The translations under genes were made by a program, and so were the position numbers. From positions 2,339 through 66,338 of the forward strand of contig NJBK01000011.1 of assembly GCA_005223035.1 (NCBI GenBank): 64,000 nucleotides of DNA. Reading direction: 5' to 3'. Of this stretch, positions 48,739 to 57,953 are shown piece after piece. Every line of letters starts with the position of its first letter. Position 1 is the first letter of the stretch. This DNA comes from Chloroflexi bacterium B3_Chlor. Lineage in GTDB: Bacteria; Chloroflexota; Anaerolineae; UBA7937; B3-Chlor. The notes beneath the pieces were generated by a model, which saw nothing but the letters and a program-made list of their open reading frames with translations, made no database searches and was not told the DNA's origin.

Positions 48739-49989
48739 ATGAAAACTAAGTTGGGTGTAGGCTCCGCGCTGTGCTTGTTGATGCTGGTGCTGTCCAGCAC
48801 TAGGCTTGAGCTTCCCGTGCTCGCTAGCCTGCAAGGTGAAGGGCGCCAGGGGCGGGGCCAAGATGTCCTTGGGGTATCGATCCTTCCTGCGCCTACCCCC
48901 TTGGTCGGCCCGGAGCCTGAGGGCTGGACGGCCGCTCAGACCTCGGTCTCCGTGCTCAGCCAGGAGGACAGGAGCGGGTTGTGCGGCGTACCACTGGCGG
49001 TCATCGAATGGGAGGAAGAACAGGCCAGCCAGCAACCACCCATGCTCTCCGCCAGCTACACCTATCCCCCCGCCCTGGATTGGCGCAACTATGGAGGCAT
49101 GAATTGGACGACGCCGATCCGCCATCAGGGCAGCTGCGCTTCGTGCCCAGCCTTTGCCACGGTCGCGGCCATCGAATCCAGGCTGGAAATAGCCGAAGGC
49201 GACCCAGGCCTGAACCCCAACCTCTCGGAAGCTCACCTGTTCTATTGTGGGTGCGGAGCGTGCTGCGGCAGCGGCGCGGGCCCGATCTCGTTGATGGAGT
49301 TCGCTCGCGACACGGGGATCGCTGATGAAGGCTGCTTCCCCTATACGGCTCTGAACCAAGCGTGCAGTCCATGTCAGGGCTGGCAGAATCGGGTCACGAA
49401 GATCTCCGACTGGGCTGGCGTGACCGGCGTGGAAAACATGAAACAGACCCTGGCCGACGCCGGCCCCTTCGAGGCGAGCATGATCGTGTACAGTGACTTC
49501 TATGACTACTCAGGCGGGGTCTACAGGCACACCTATGGCAGCCTTGAGGGCGGCCATGCGGTGACAATTGTGGGCTACAACGACTACGGCGGGTACTGGA
49601 TCGTCAAGAACAGCTGGGGCACAGGGTGGGGCGAGAACGGCTGGTTCAGGATAGCTTACGGGCAATGCTCCATCGACAATTATGCTTATGTACCCCTTGT
49701 GGCTGAGCCATCGTACCATGTGAGTGCCAGCGCCAGCCCCCACGAGGGTGGAGTGATAGCCGCCGAGCCGCCCGATTGTGTCAGCGATACCTGTGACCCA
49801 GAGACGGTAGTCGAGCTAGCCGCGGTGCCAAGCAATGGCTACGAATTCAGCGGCTGGAGCGGTGACGCCTCAGGATCCGAAAACCCCACCAGCATCGTGG
49901 TCGATACGAACAAGGACGTGACCGCTCACTTCATCTTTCGTTGCGACGAGTGCACGCCGCAGGCTTTCCTTCCTATCGTTATCCGATAG
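48739..49989 (+). CDS. secreted papain-family (C1A) cysteine peptidase with C-terminal B-repeat-like domain
   Basis: LDWR, HQGSCASCPAFA, LSEAHL, GGHAV, KNSWGTGWGENG; GYEFSGWSGD...VTAHF; C-terminal FLPIVIR. Confidence 0.9.
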   Translation: MKTKLGVGSALCLLMLVLSSTRLELPVLASLQGEGRQGRGQDVLGVSILPAPTPLVGPEPEGWTAAQTSVSVLSQEDRSGLCGVPLAVIEWEEEQASQQPPMLSASYTYPPALDWRNYGGMNWTTPIRHQGSCASCPAFATVAAIESRLEIAEGDPGLNPNLSEAHLFYCGCGACCGSGAGPISLMEFARDTGIADEGCFPYTALNQACSPCQGWQNRVTKISDWAGVTGVENMKQTLADAGPFEASMIVYSDFYDYSGGVYRHTYGSLEGGHAVTIVGYNDYGGYWIVKNSWGTGWGENGWFRIAYGQCSIDNYAYVPLVAEPSYHVSASASPHEGGVIAAEPPDCVSDTCDPETVVELAAVPSNGYEFSGWSGDASGSENPTSIVVDTNKDVTAHFIFRCDECTPQAFLPIVIR

Positions 49990-50103
49990 AGCCTGGTTGG
50001 GGGAGTGTGCAACACCCGGCCCGGTGCATGCAACAGGGGACACAGTTGCGGTATCCTCAAGAGCCGACGAGAGTCGGCTCGCCTCCGGCCGCGCCAGACA
50101 AGG

Positions 50104-50139
50104 AGAAAGGGCCATCCCCTCAGAGGAGATGGCCCTTTC
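50104..50139. terminator. hairpin terminator between convergent genes
   Basis: GAAAGGGCCATC...GATGGCCCTTTC. Confidence 0.7.
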
Positions 50140-50161
50140 GTGTAGTGCCGGGACCTGTTGA

Positions 50162-53100
50162 CTACCGCTTCCGCAAGCGCATGCGGGCGTATGCAGCCAG
50201 CGGCGCAAAGCCGCTCGCCAGAAGCAGGATGGAGTCCCACTCAGGCACGAAGCCATTTCCTCCTGGTGGCTGTCCCAACGGCAGCTCGTCGTAGTCTGCG
50301 TCGGTAACCGTGCCCTCGCAGTCGTCGTCACCAGTGGCGGTGGCTTTGTTGATTATGTCGTCACCATCAGCCTTACTGGTGGTGTGGACGTACGAGAAGC
50401 CGCGGTTGGCTCCGGGGGCCAGGTAACCGATAGACCAACTCTTGCGCGTACCGCTGTGAGGAAACTCCCACTTGTCAACCACCGTCACGTTGTTCAGCGG
50501 GGTGTCTGCGGAGCAGTTGGTCACCTGGATGAGATAGGTGATGCTGTCGCCCCAGAAGAACTTCCCGCCCGCGCGTTTCGATGGCAGGTGCGTCTTGGTC
50601 ACGTCGATGCACGGGTGCAGTATCTCGACCACGTGCCCGTCGTCGTCATCCACCGTTCTGCCCAGTACATCAGTTCCTTCAACGGTAGCGGTGTTTGGCA
50701 TTCTGTCCCCGCTGAAGACGCTGGGCACTGTGAACGGCTTATCGAAGCTGTACTCCTCGTCCACAGCCAGGTCGCCCACCGTGTGCACCAGGTCTGGATC
50801 CCACAGCGGGTCCGTCACCGTCACGTCCTTGAGAGCGAAGTCGCTGCAGTTGCGCACCCAGAAGTGATAGGTGATTTCCTCACCTGGGTGGGCGCAGGAG
50901 TCTCCGGTCTTCTCGATCTCGATGCAGACGGGGGTCGCGGTGTTGACGAATGTGCAAGTCACCGTCTCGCCAGGTTCCACGTCGATGTTGTTCACAGGGC
51001 TGCCATCGTCGCAGCTGGCGCTGGTCAGGTTCCACCCCGCCGGGGTGGTCGTCTCCGCCACACTGTACCCAGACCCAGGCAAGAGGAGGCCGAAGCTTTG
51101 TGAGTCGCCGTCCTTCAGCGAGAAGCCAATCGAGCCCAACCCTCCCCCCGGTGTGAAGCCGAACAAGGTGTACGAGAGATCGGGACTGGGGTCGGTCACC
51201 TTGCGGACGATGATGGAGCCTCGCTTGGTGTTGGTGAAGGTGCACTTCACTGTCTCCCCAGGCTCGACGTTGAAGGTGGCGGTCGCGGTCTGTGTGTTTC
51301 CAGAGCTGTTGGCGTCGTCGCAGACGATGCTGGTCAGATCCCAGCCAGCGGGCACGGACTCGGTCGATGAATACTGACCCGGGTCTACCTGAGCGCTGGC
51401 GGTATCACCGTCACCCAACGTGTCTGACACGTCACCTGTGAAGCTGAAGGTCGCAGGATCGCCATCGGGCAGAGTCTGCTTCTCCACGATGATGGTGCCG
51501 AGCTTGGTGTCGGTGAAGGTGCACTTCACCGTCTCCCCAGGCTCGACGTTGAAGGTGGCGCTCCCGGTCTGTGTGTTTCCAGAGCTGTTGGCGTCGTCGC
51601 AGAGGATGCTGGTCAGATCCCAACCCGTCGGCACGGACTCGGTCGATGAATACTGACCCGGGTCTACCTGAGCGCTGGCCGTATCACCGTCACCCAACGT
51701 GTCTGACACGTCACCTGTGAAGCTGAAGGTCGCAGGATCACCATCGGGCAGAGTCTGCTTCTCCACGATGATGGAGCCTCGCTTGGTGTCGGTGAAGGTG
51801 CACTTCACCGTCTCCGCAGGCTCGACGTTGAAGGTGGCGGTCGCGGTCTGTGTGTTTCCAGAGCTGTTGGCGTCGTCGCAGACGATGCTGGTCAGATCCC
51901 AGCCAGCGGGCACGGTCTCGGTCGACGTGTAGATCCCGGATGCCAGATTCGAGAGCACGACTTGCCCGCCGTCGGAGATAGTACCCGCGGCATCACCGGC
52001 GAAAGTGAAGGTCGCAGGATCGCCATCGGGCAGAGTCTGCTTCTCCACGATGATGGAGCCTCGCTTGGTGTCGGTGAAGGTGCACTTCACCGTCTCCCCA
52101 GGCTCGACGTTGAAGGTGGCGGTCGCGGTCTGTGTGTTTCCAGAGCTGTTGGCGTCGTCGCAGACGATGCTGGTCAGATCCCAGCCAGCGGGCACGGTCT
52201 CGGTCGACGCGTAGGTCCCGGATGCCAGATTCGAGACCACGATTTGGCCGCCGTCGGAGATTGTACCCGCGGCATCACCGGCGAAAGTGAAGGTCGCCGG
52301 ATCACCACCCGGATTGGTCACCTTCTCGACGATGATGGTGCCGAGCTTGGTGTTGGTGATGGTGCAGACGATGTCGTCGCCGTTGTTCACCGTGACGTCG
52401 AGGGGACCAGCACCCGTCGTGCTCGCCACCTCGTTCTGCTGCGCGTCCACACAGGAGATGTCGATCTTGTAGTCATTGAGGTCCGTCCCGGTGTAGGCGC
52501 TCTCGCCCACCGTGTGGATGCCGGTGTATACTACCTTCTCCCCGGTGGTCCCGCCATCACCCACCATCGCAGCCTCTACAGTGCCATCGATCAGCAGATT
52601 GAACAACCCCAGATCATTATCCGGCACTAGGTCCTTCACCACCTCCAACTTGCCCGTCGTGCGTATGTCATAGAACGTGCAGGTTACGTGCTGACCCTCG
52701 GCCAGGTCGATAGACGCCGTAGGTGGCGTCTGGCTGCTCTGGTCGTCGCACACGACGCTGTCGAGAGTCCAGCCCGTAGGGACCACCAACTCGGTCACAC
52801 TGTATGTGCCAAAGTCTGTCAGGTCCACGAAGCTGATGGTGTTGGCAGAGGTCCCGTCATCGATGAGGGTGAAGTCGGTAGTAGTCTGCTGGTCGGGCCA
52901 CGTGAGGCTGAAGGGGAACTCGGTCAGGCCCTGTGGATCCGCTTCCTTCACAATGGTGATAGAGCCCGGGACGATGACGGCCCCAGCCTGCATCTGATTG
53001 TCCCGTTGTCCGATTGAGGCACCGTCGAACTCGATGAGTTTCATGTGGTAGGGAGCACCCGAGATCGAAACGGCCGAGTTGCCTGTGCCCCAATCAAGCT

Positions 53101-53725
53101 GGCTAGCAATGTGCGAGCCCCAGATCACAAGGACTTCGGACTCTCCGGCACCGACTGTGAAGGTGATCTGGATACTGGTGTTGCTGTCGCCTGTGTACGG
53201 CCCCAGGAGAGTATAGCCAGACACGCCCGTGATGTCACCGTTGTACATGGTGAAGTATTGGTCATTGGGCTGTATGCCCCCAGGAATGTTGGCGTCTGGC
53301 GGGATCAGGTGATAATCTGCCGTCCAGCCCGTGCACCCGGAGATACCGGAGCAGAAGTCGGCGAGGGTGATCCAGTCCTCAGACCAGTCCCAGCTGGTCA
53401 GGTAGTCGAAGGCGTGCTTTCCTGCCTTCGTGGTTTGCCACTCCACCGTGATGGTGTGAGTACCCGGGTCCAGACCATCGAGGTGGAGCCGATGGACTAC
53501 CGCATCACCTTCAGTGTATGTGGAGTTGTTAGGCTGGATCGCCCCATTTGTCCAATTACAGGTGCCCGTGGGACCACCTTCTCCGTCGTCGTTCGCGCAC
53601 TGGTTGTAGATGTTGACGTCGCCGGCAAACACCACCTGCAAGCCGACCATCAGCAACAAGAACAGCAACCCTGCAGCGATCAGTGGCGGAAGCCCAATGG
53701 GCAGAAGTCTTCTCGTCGGTCTCAT
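50162..53725 (-). CDS. large surface protein with prealbumin-like/SpaA-type repeats and PEP-CTERM-like anchor
   Basis: Signal peptide; repeated GSIIVEKQT.PDG...GWDLTSIVCDD...PGETVKCTFT; C-terminal FVPEWDSILLLASGFAPLAAYARMRLRKR. Confidence 0.9.
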   Translation of the reverse strand: MRPTRRLLPIGLPPLIAAGLLFLLLMVGLQVVFAGDVNIYNQCANDDGEGGPTGTCNWTNGAIQPNNSTYTEGDAVVHRLHLDGLDPGTHTITVEWQTTKAGKHAFDYLTSWDWSEDWITLADFCSGISGCTGWTADYHLIPPDANIPGGIQPNDQYFTMYNGDITGVSGYTLLGPYTGDSNTSIQITFTVGAGESEVLVIWGSHIASQLDWGTGNSAVSISGAPYHMKLIEFDGASIGQRDNQMQAGAVIVPGSITIVKEADPQGLTEFPFSLTWPDQQTTTDFTLIDDGTSANTISFVDLTDFGTYSVTELVVPTGWTLDSVVCDDQSSQTPPTASIDLAEGQHVTCTFYDIRTTGKLEVVKDLVPDNDLGLFNLLIDGTVEAAMVGDGGTTGEKVVYTGIHTVGESAYTGTDLNDYKIDISCVDAQQNEVASTTGAGPLDVTVNNGDDIVCTITNTKLGTIIVEKVTNPGGDPATFTFAGDAAGTISDGGQIVVSNLASGTYASTETVPAGWDLTSIVCDDANSSGNTQTATATFNVEPGETVKCTFTDTKRGSIIVEKQTLPDGDPATFTFAGDAAGTISDGGQVVLSNLASGIYTSTETVPAGWDLTSIVCDDANSSGNTQTATATFNVEPAETVKCTFTDTKRGSIIVEKQTLPDGDPATFSFTGDVSDTLGDGDTASAQVDPGQYSSTESVPTGWDLTSILCDDANSSGNTQTGSATFNVEPGETVKCTFTDTKLGTIIVEKQTLPDGDPATFSFTGDVSDTLGDGDTASAQVDPGQYSSTESVPAGWDLTSIVCDDANSSGNTQTATATFNVEPGETVKCTFTNTKRGSIIVRKVTDPSPDLSYTLFGFTPGGGLGSIGFSLKDGDSQSFGLLLPGSGYSVAETTTPAGWNLTSASCDDGSPVNNIDVEPGETVTCTFVNTATPVCIEIEKTGDSCAHPGEEITYHFWVRNCSDFALKDVTVTDPLWDPDLVHTVGDLAVDEEYSFDKPFTVPSVFSGDRMPNTATVEGTDVLGRTVDDDDGHVVEILHPCIDVTKTHLPSKRAGGKFFWGDSITYLIQVTNCSADTPLNNVTVVDKWEFPHSGTRKSWSIGYLAPGANRGFSYVHTTSKADGDDIINKATATGDDDCEGTVTDADYDELPLGQPPGGNGFVPEWDSILLLASGFAPLAAYARMRLRKR
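51210..52340 (-). repeat. four near-identical ~280-bp intragenic tandem repeats
   Basis: TGTGTGTTTCCAGAGCTGTTGGCGTCGTCGCAGA recurs near 51291, 51570, 51849 and 52131. Confidence 0.9.
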
Positions 53726-53928
53726 ATTCTTGTCTCCTTTGTGATGTTGTGTTGCCCTCGCCTACACGGCAGCGAGAGCCAATCTTCTAATACGGAATTG
53801 TGCATTGAGTCCACCTCCCTACCATAAGGTATCGTTTTTTTAGCGACCCTTTGCCGCTGTTTCTGTCGGTCTGCGCCCAGTGCGGAGTAGAATGAACCGA
53901 GATCCACAGCAGGCCGTCGCACAGACAC

Positions 53929-54050
53929 AAAAAGCCGGGCTACCGAAATCCTTCGGCAGCCCGGCTATCCTGATACGGCAACAACCCGTACGTCGGACCC
54001 TCAAGCTTTGCGCCCATCCTCACCATTGAGGGAAGGTTGCCATTGTCGGG
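53929..54050 (-). promoter_or_regulatory. c-di-GMP-I riboswitch with overlapping terminator
   Basis: Minus strand: ACAATGGCAACC...GGGCGCAAAGC...GGGTC...GATAGCCGGGCTGCCGAAG; hairpin AGCCGGGCTGCCGAA..TTCGGTAGCCCGGCT-TTTT. Confidence 0.85.
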
Positions 54051-54116
54051 ATTTCCTGCTATGGAATGCCGGTGAGTGTCTGGACGGATACCTTCTAGAC
54101 AGATCACCAGCCGAAA

Positions 54117-54212
54117 CGAAAAAACCGGCCACTGCTCGTAGCCGGTTGCACCACTGGCTCCTCGCCGCTCAGGTGCCCAATCTTGAGCGACGCCTCATCG
54201 CCTCCACTGCGC
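54117..54212 (-). promoter_or_regulatory. c-di-GMP-II riboswitch with overlapping terminator
   Basis: Minus strand: GGAGGCGATGAGG-CGTCGCTCAAGATTGGGCACCTGAGCGGCG-AGGAGCCAGTGGTGCAACCGGC; terminator AACCGGCTAC...GTGGCCGGTTTTTT. Confidence 0.88.
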
Positions 54213-54479
54213 CATAAGAAAGCAAGTTATCAAGTTGTCAATGGGGACGCCGTTTCCTCATCTCTCCACAAATACGACGTCGGGCTTCAACGCTTTAGTG
54301 CTCTCCATGGCTCGGGCTTCATAAGGTCTCGATGCCTACCACCTCTACACCTTCCCGGTCATCGAGCAGAGTTCTTAGTTCCTGAGCGCAAAGGAGATGC
54401 CTACAAAGCACAAACGTCCGACGCTTTTCCGAATTGCGTCCCTCCCCTACCGGGTTAGCTGGCGAGAAGAGTGATTTCC

Positions 54480-54565
54480 ATTATACACAGCTGGCTATGC
54501 TGCTGTCTATGGCCCATAGTGCCCTTTTTCACAAAGCAAAGGTACTATCCTACGATAGTACCTTT
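54480..54565 (-). promoter_or_regulatory. promoter of the tandem-riboswitch leader with upstream palindrome
   Basis: TAGACA-18 bp-TATAAT with extended TG; perfect AAAGGTACTATC-CTAC-GATAGTACCTTT at 54538-54565. Confidence 0.65.
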
Positions 54566-54640
54566 GGAGCCGCCTCCCCCTTTTCCCAGTCAGTTGGCCT
54601 AGACAGGATGGCCTATTCGGACATGGCATAAGGACTAGTA

Positions 54641-55083
54641 CTATGTCGCGGCGTCATCCACCAGCCCCTCCCGCACGGTATACGCGGCAGCCTGCGCACG
54701 GTTCTTGAGATGGAGCTTCGCCAGGATGTTCCGCACGTGCTTCTTCACTGTGCTCTCCGCTAGAGAGAGCGCATCGGCTATCTGCCTATTAGTCCGCCGT
54801 TTTGCTATCAGTTCCAGCACCTCTATCTCCCAGAGGGTCAGTTTTCCAGCCGGACCCACAGGCTCAGATCGCGAATCGGCCAGAGAGCTGAACTCTCTCA
54901 GAATCTTGGCTGCCATGAGAGGAGACAACGGGGTCTCCCCTCGGCAGACACCTCGGCACAGGCGATAAGGCTCCTCTGGCCCCAGGTCCTTCAAGAGGTA
55001 GCCGTCGGCCCCGCTCCTTCGAGGACCTGGACCATGCTAGCCGCCACTTCCTTGTCCGAATCCAATACCAGGATCCTGATCAA
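54641..55083 (-). pseudogene. NarL/LuxR response regulator, N-terminally deleted and frameshifted
   Basis: MIRILVLDSDKEVAASMVQVLEGAG joined out of frame to GADGYLLKD...TNRQIADALSLAESTVKKHVRNILAKL. Confidence 0.75.
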
Positions 55084-55249
55084 CCGATAACCTCCCTTCG
55101 AACCTATTGATCGATCAGCCAGCCGGTGGCACAGTCAACCAATCGGTATTGTGGGCCTCGCTCCCTGACGAGGTGGGGAACAAAGAGGTGAGTACGGGGA
55201 AAGGTGTACTACGTGGATGTGTCGATCCCGGCGCAGGCGCGGACTGATG

Positions 55250-55636
55250 CTACGCTGCACATGTAGCCCGGGTCAAGCCGACGCGCCGGAGCAGGGCCCA
55301 TAGCTGGGCCGTGAAGACTCCCCTTGTGAAAGGCTGCAGGATATGCGCATCCGCCCCGGCAGCCAGCGCGCGCTCCACGGCAGAGTCATGCTCCCTTTTT
55401 CCCACGGCGAGCAAGGGAACAAGGGTGCGCTCGCACACGTCCCTGCACAGTTCTTCACCCCAGTTGCCTGTCGGGCCCACAGCCAGGACGACAGCGTGTG
55501 GAGGGTCATTGTGAAGCTGACGCAAAGCGTCCTCCCTGTTCCAAACGACGGAGGCTGCCATCTTCTCCGCCTCCAGCGCCCTGGTGACACTGTCGGCCAT
55601 CTGCTTGTCGGGATCTATCACCAGTATTCTAATCAC
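55250..55636 (-). CDS. stand-alone atypical receiver-domain protein
   Basis: IRILVIDPD...PHAVVLAV...ALAAGADAHILQPF; phospho-acceptor Asp and conserved Lys are absent. Confidence 0.75.
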   Translation of the reverse strand: MIRILVIDPDKQMADSVTRALEAEKMAASVVWNREDALRQLHNDPPHAVVLAVGPTGNWGEELCRDVCERTLVPLLAVGKREHDSAVERALAAGADAHILQPFTRGVFTAQLWALLRRVGLTRATCAA

Positions 55637-55766
55637 TGAATCATCTCCCTCTCGTCCTCGGAAGTGGATTTCCCTGGTGCCTCCGCCTCCAGCTTTGCGG
55701 CTTGCAGCGCCCCTCGATTCGCTCCCTCGGCGTCGATCGAAGCCTCCTACGGAAAGGCGGTCGTCG

Positions 55767-56933
55767 CTAACCCTGTTTGATAACGAGCGGACAGAAATTC
55801 CGATATCCTTCAGGTTCGCCAGGTTCCTTGAAGCCGAAGTCCGCCGTGCTGGCATGCGGTCCGTCAGCGTTCAGCAGGAACCCATACTCGAGTTCCGTTA
55901 GCGGAGAGTTGCAGGCTCCCAGGTCTTCGTCCGAGCTATCCACCGCGACCACATAGCACAACTCAGTCGTGGATCCCGGTGGCCCGGTGTTCAGGTCTGT
56001 GAAAAAGTACTCGCCGTCGCCGAACGTCTGCGTTGTCGCCAAGAGGACATCCTCCTGGTCGTCGCAGTTGGGATCATCGTACAGCCAGACGGTGATATTT
56101 GCCATCCCCTCCCCGGGGTCATAAGCGTCGTTGCCATCGAAGTCGCACCAGACTCGGTCGCCGATGGAGCCGTCCACGTACAATCCCATGTCCTCGTCGT
56201 AATCATCGGCGCCCAGGATGATGCTCTCGATGCGAGCCGTGTCCTGCGCAGCGTCCGAGTCTACGGTGTCGTCGCCACCCTGGTTCTGCAGGGTGATCTC
56301 CCTGCTGATAGGGATACTGTGGAACTCCATGCAGTAGTCGCCGGGATCCAGGCCGGTGAAGACATAGGTCCCGGTTATGTCAGTAGTGTAGCTGTAGAGC
56401 AGTGTGCCCGTGCAGGTGGGGGTCGCATACAACTGTACTTCTATGGCCTCGACCCCAGGCTCACCCGCGTCCTGAATGCCGTCCTGATCGGTGTCATACC
56501 ACACCAAGTCGCCCAGTTCATACGATGGGCAGAACCATCCGTTTAGAGTGTGCTCTTCAACGGACAGGATGTGGGCTCCGTTTCTGTTCACCCATTGACC
56601 GTCTTCGAAGAACTGCTTCTTCCAGGTTCCTTCCACAGCGGTGGTGATGGCTGTGGTTGGGTCAAAGCCACCAACCTCTTCGTTTGCCTCGAGATATCCA
56701 AAATCGATGACTTCTTCCCCCAGGTGGAGTTTAAGCCGCCAGTCTCCGGCCACGTCGCCGTTTGTGGCTCTGAGCCTGAAGGTGCTAGTCCCCTGCACAA
56801 GACACGATTCCACCGTGAGCCTGGGATTGACTTTGGCCATCCCGCTCGAGTGAGTCGGCGTAACCCAGACCGCTACGGCCAGTAGAGTTAGCACAGCCAG
56901 TGAAAAAGCTAGAGTCCAGACTCGTCGATCCAC
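55767..56933 (-). CDS. secreted SdrD-B-like domain protein
   Basis: Signal peptide; two GDxVWxDxDxxxxxDxGE modules; C-terminal FCPLVIKQG. Confidence 0.85.
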   Translation of the reverse strand: MDRRVWTLAFSLAVLTLLAVAVWVTPTHSSGMAKVNPRLTVESCLVQGTSTFRLRATNGDVAGDWRLKLHLGEEVIDFGYLEANEEVGGFDPTTAITTAVEGTWKKQFFEDGQWVNRNGAHILSVEEHTLNGWFCPSYELGDLVWYDTDQDGIQDAGEPGVEAIEVQLYATPTCTGTLLYSYTTDITGTYVFTGLDPGDYCMEFHSIPISREITLQNQGGDDTVDSDAAQDTARIESIILGADDYDEDMGLYVDGSIGDRVWCDFDGNDAYDPGEGMANITVWLYDDPNCDDQEDVLLATTQTFGDGEYFFTDLNTGPPGSTTELCYVVAVDSSDEDLGACNSPLTELEYGFLLNADGPHASTADFGFKEPGEPEGYRNFCPLVIKQG

Positions 56934-57193
56934 ATTATCTCCTGTCTTGTGAGCTAGTCTCTCAACATATACTACCTTGTCCATATTAAACGCTCATAAA
57001 GGTCGTGTTAAAACCCTATTAAAGACGGAGCGCTACGTTCCTTGCCACAACCCTTCGATACTGCCGAGAGATATTGAGCCCCGCATTTGTTCTGTGATCT
57101 GACAATAGGGGTTGTGTGCGGAGCGATCTTCTCCACCATCTCCAGTCTGCTCTCTAGCAACTCGGTCGGCCGATATGATATAATCTCTCTGCC

Positions 57194-57857
57194 GTGTCGA
57201 GGAGCGTCATCTTGCCATTGCTTTTCATCCTTGCGCTGGCAGTGATAGGTCTTGTGGGCTGGCGCCTCCTGCGGACAAGTCAGCGGGATGAAGCTATTCT
57301 GTTTCCAGAGGCGGGGTCTTTCAACGTGAGACAGGGGGGAGCGTCCTCTCACTGTCACCACGACAGGTGGCGAAGGTCGGCGAAGGGGCTGCGATTGAAA
57401 CGGGGACCAGCTCTGGCTGGGCTTCTGCCATTCCGCGGTTATTGGCCGCTCGGTTTCTGTTCGTGTCCGGGACGAGGACGGTCGGGAGGTCCAGCGGACC
57501 CATGACGGAGCCGAGAACCTCTCCCCGGTCTGGTCGCCAGATGGCATCAAGATCGCCTTCGAGACTCAGCGCGACGGGAATAGCGAGATCTATGTCATGA
57601 ACACCAACGGCACTGACCAGATCAGGTTGACCTTCGCTCCCAGTCTGAGCTTTGCGTCTCTGCGGTCCGCTGGGGATTCTGGGCTTGTCTTCAGCAGGAT
57701 AGAAGGGGACTCCAACGGCGATGGGTTGATAGAAGTGCGGGGCATGGCCACTTTCTTCTGCCTGGACCCCGAGAGGAGTGCTGCGCAATCGTGTTGGCGC
57801 AGGAGGACAATCTTCGACCAAATGGTGTTCCGTTGGGGGCGTCGGATGGCGGGCTGA
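57194..57857 (+). pseudogene. frameshifted TolB/PD40-repeat protein
   Basis: N-terminal TM in one frame; PVWSPDGIKIAFETQRDGNSEIYVMNTNGTDQIRLT in another. Confidence 0.65.
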
Positions 57858-57953
57858 GGGGCGCTGGAGCAAATGGCTTTTGCAGGATCAGCATAACATT
57901 TGTCGGTGGAAACCGTGCCCTTACTGCCTGGATGTCCATGGAGGTAACGGAGG

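Noticed and set aside
51210-52340. CRISPR array or DGR template
   Set aside because: The repeats are ~280-bp in-frame protein domains with no spacers, and no cas or reverse transcriptase gene is nearby
54420-54470. Third riboswitch in the leader (minus strand GCTAACC...GGGACGCAA)
   Set aside because: Only a GEMM-like P2 fragment; no P3 or P1 closure can be built
57046-57117. Long-range helix CACAACCC/GGGTTGTG as a riboswitch for the SdrD-B gene
   Set aside because: A single 8-bp helix with no recognisable aptamer motif
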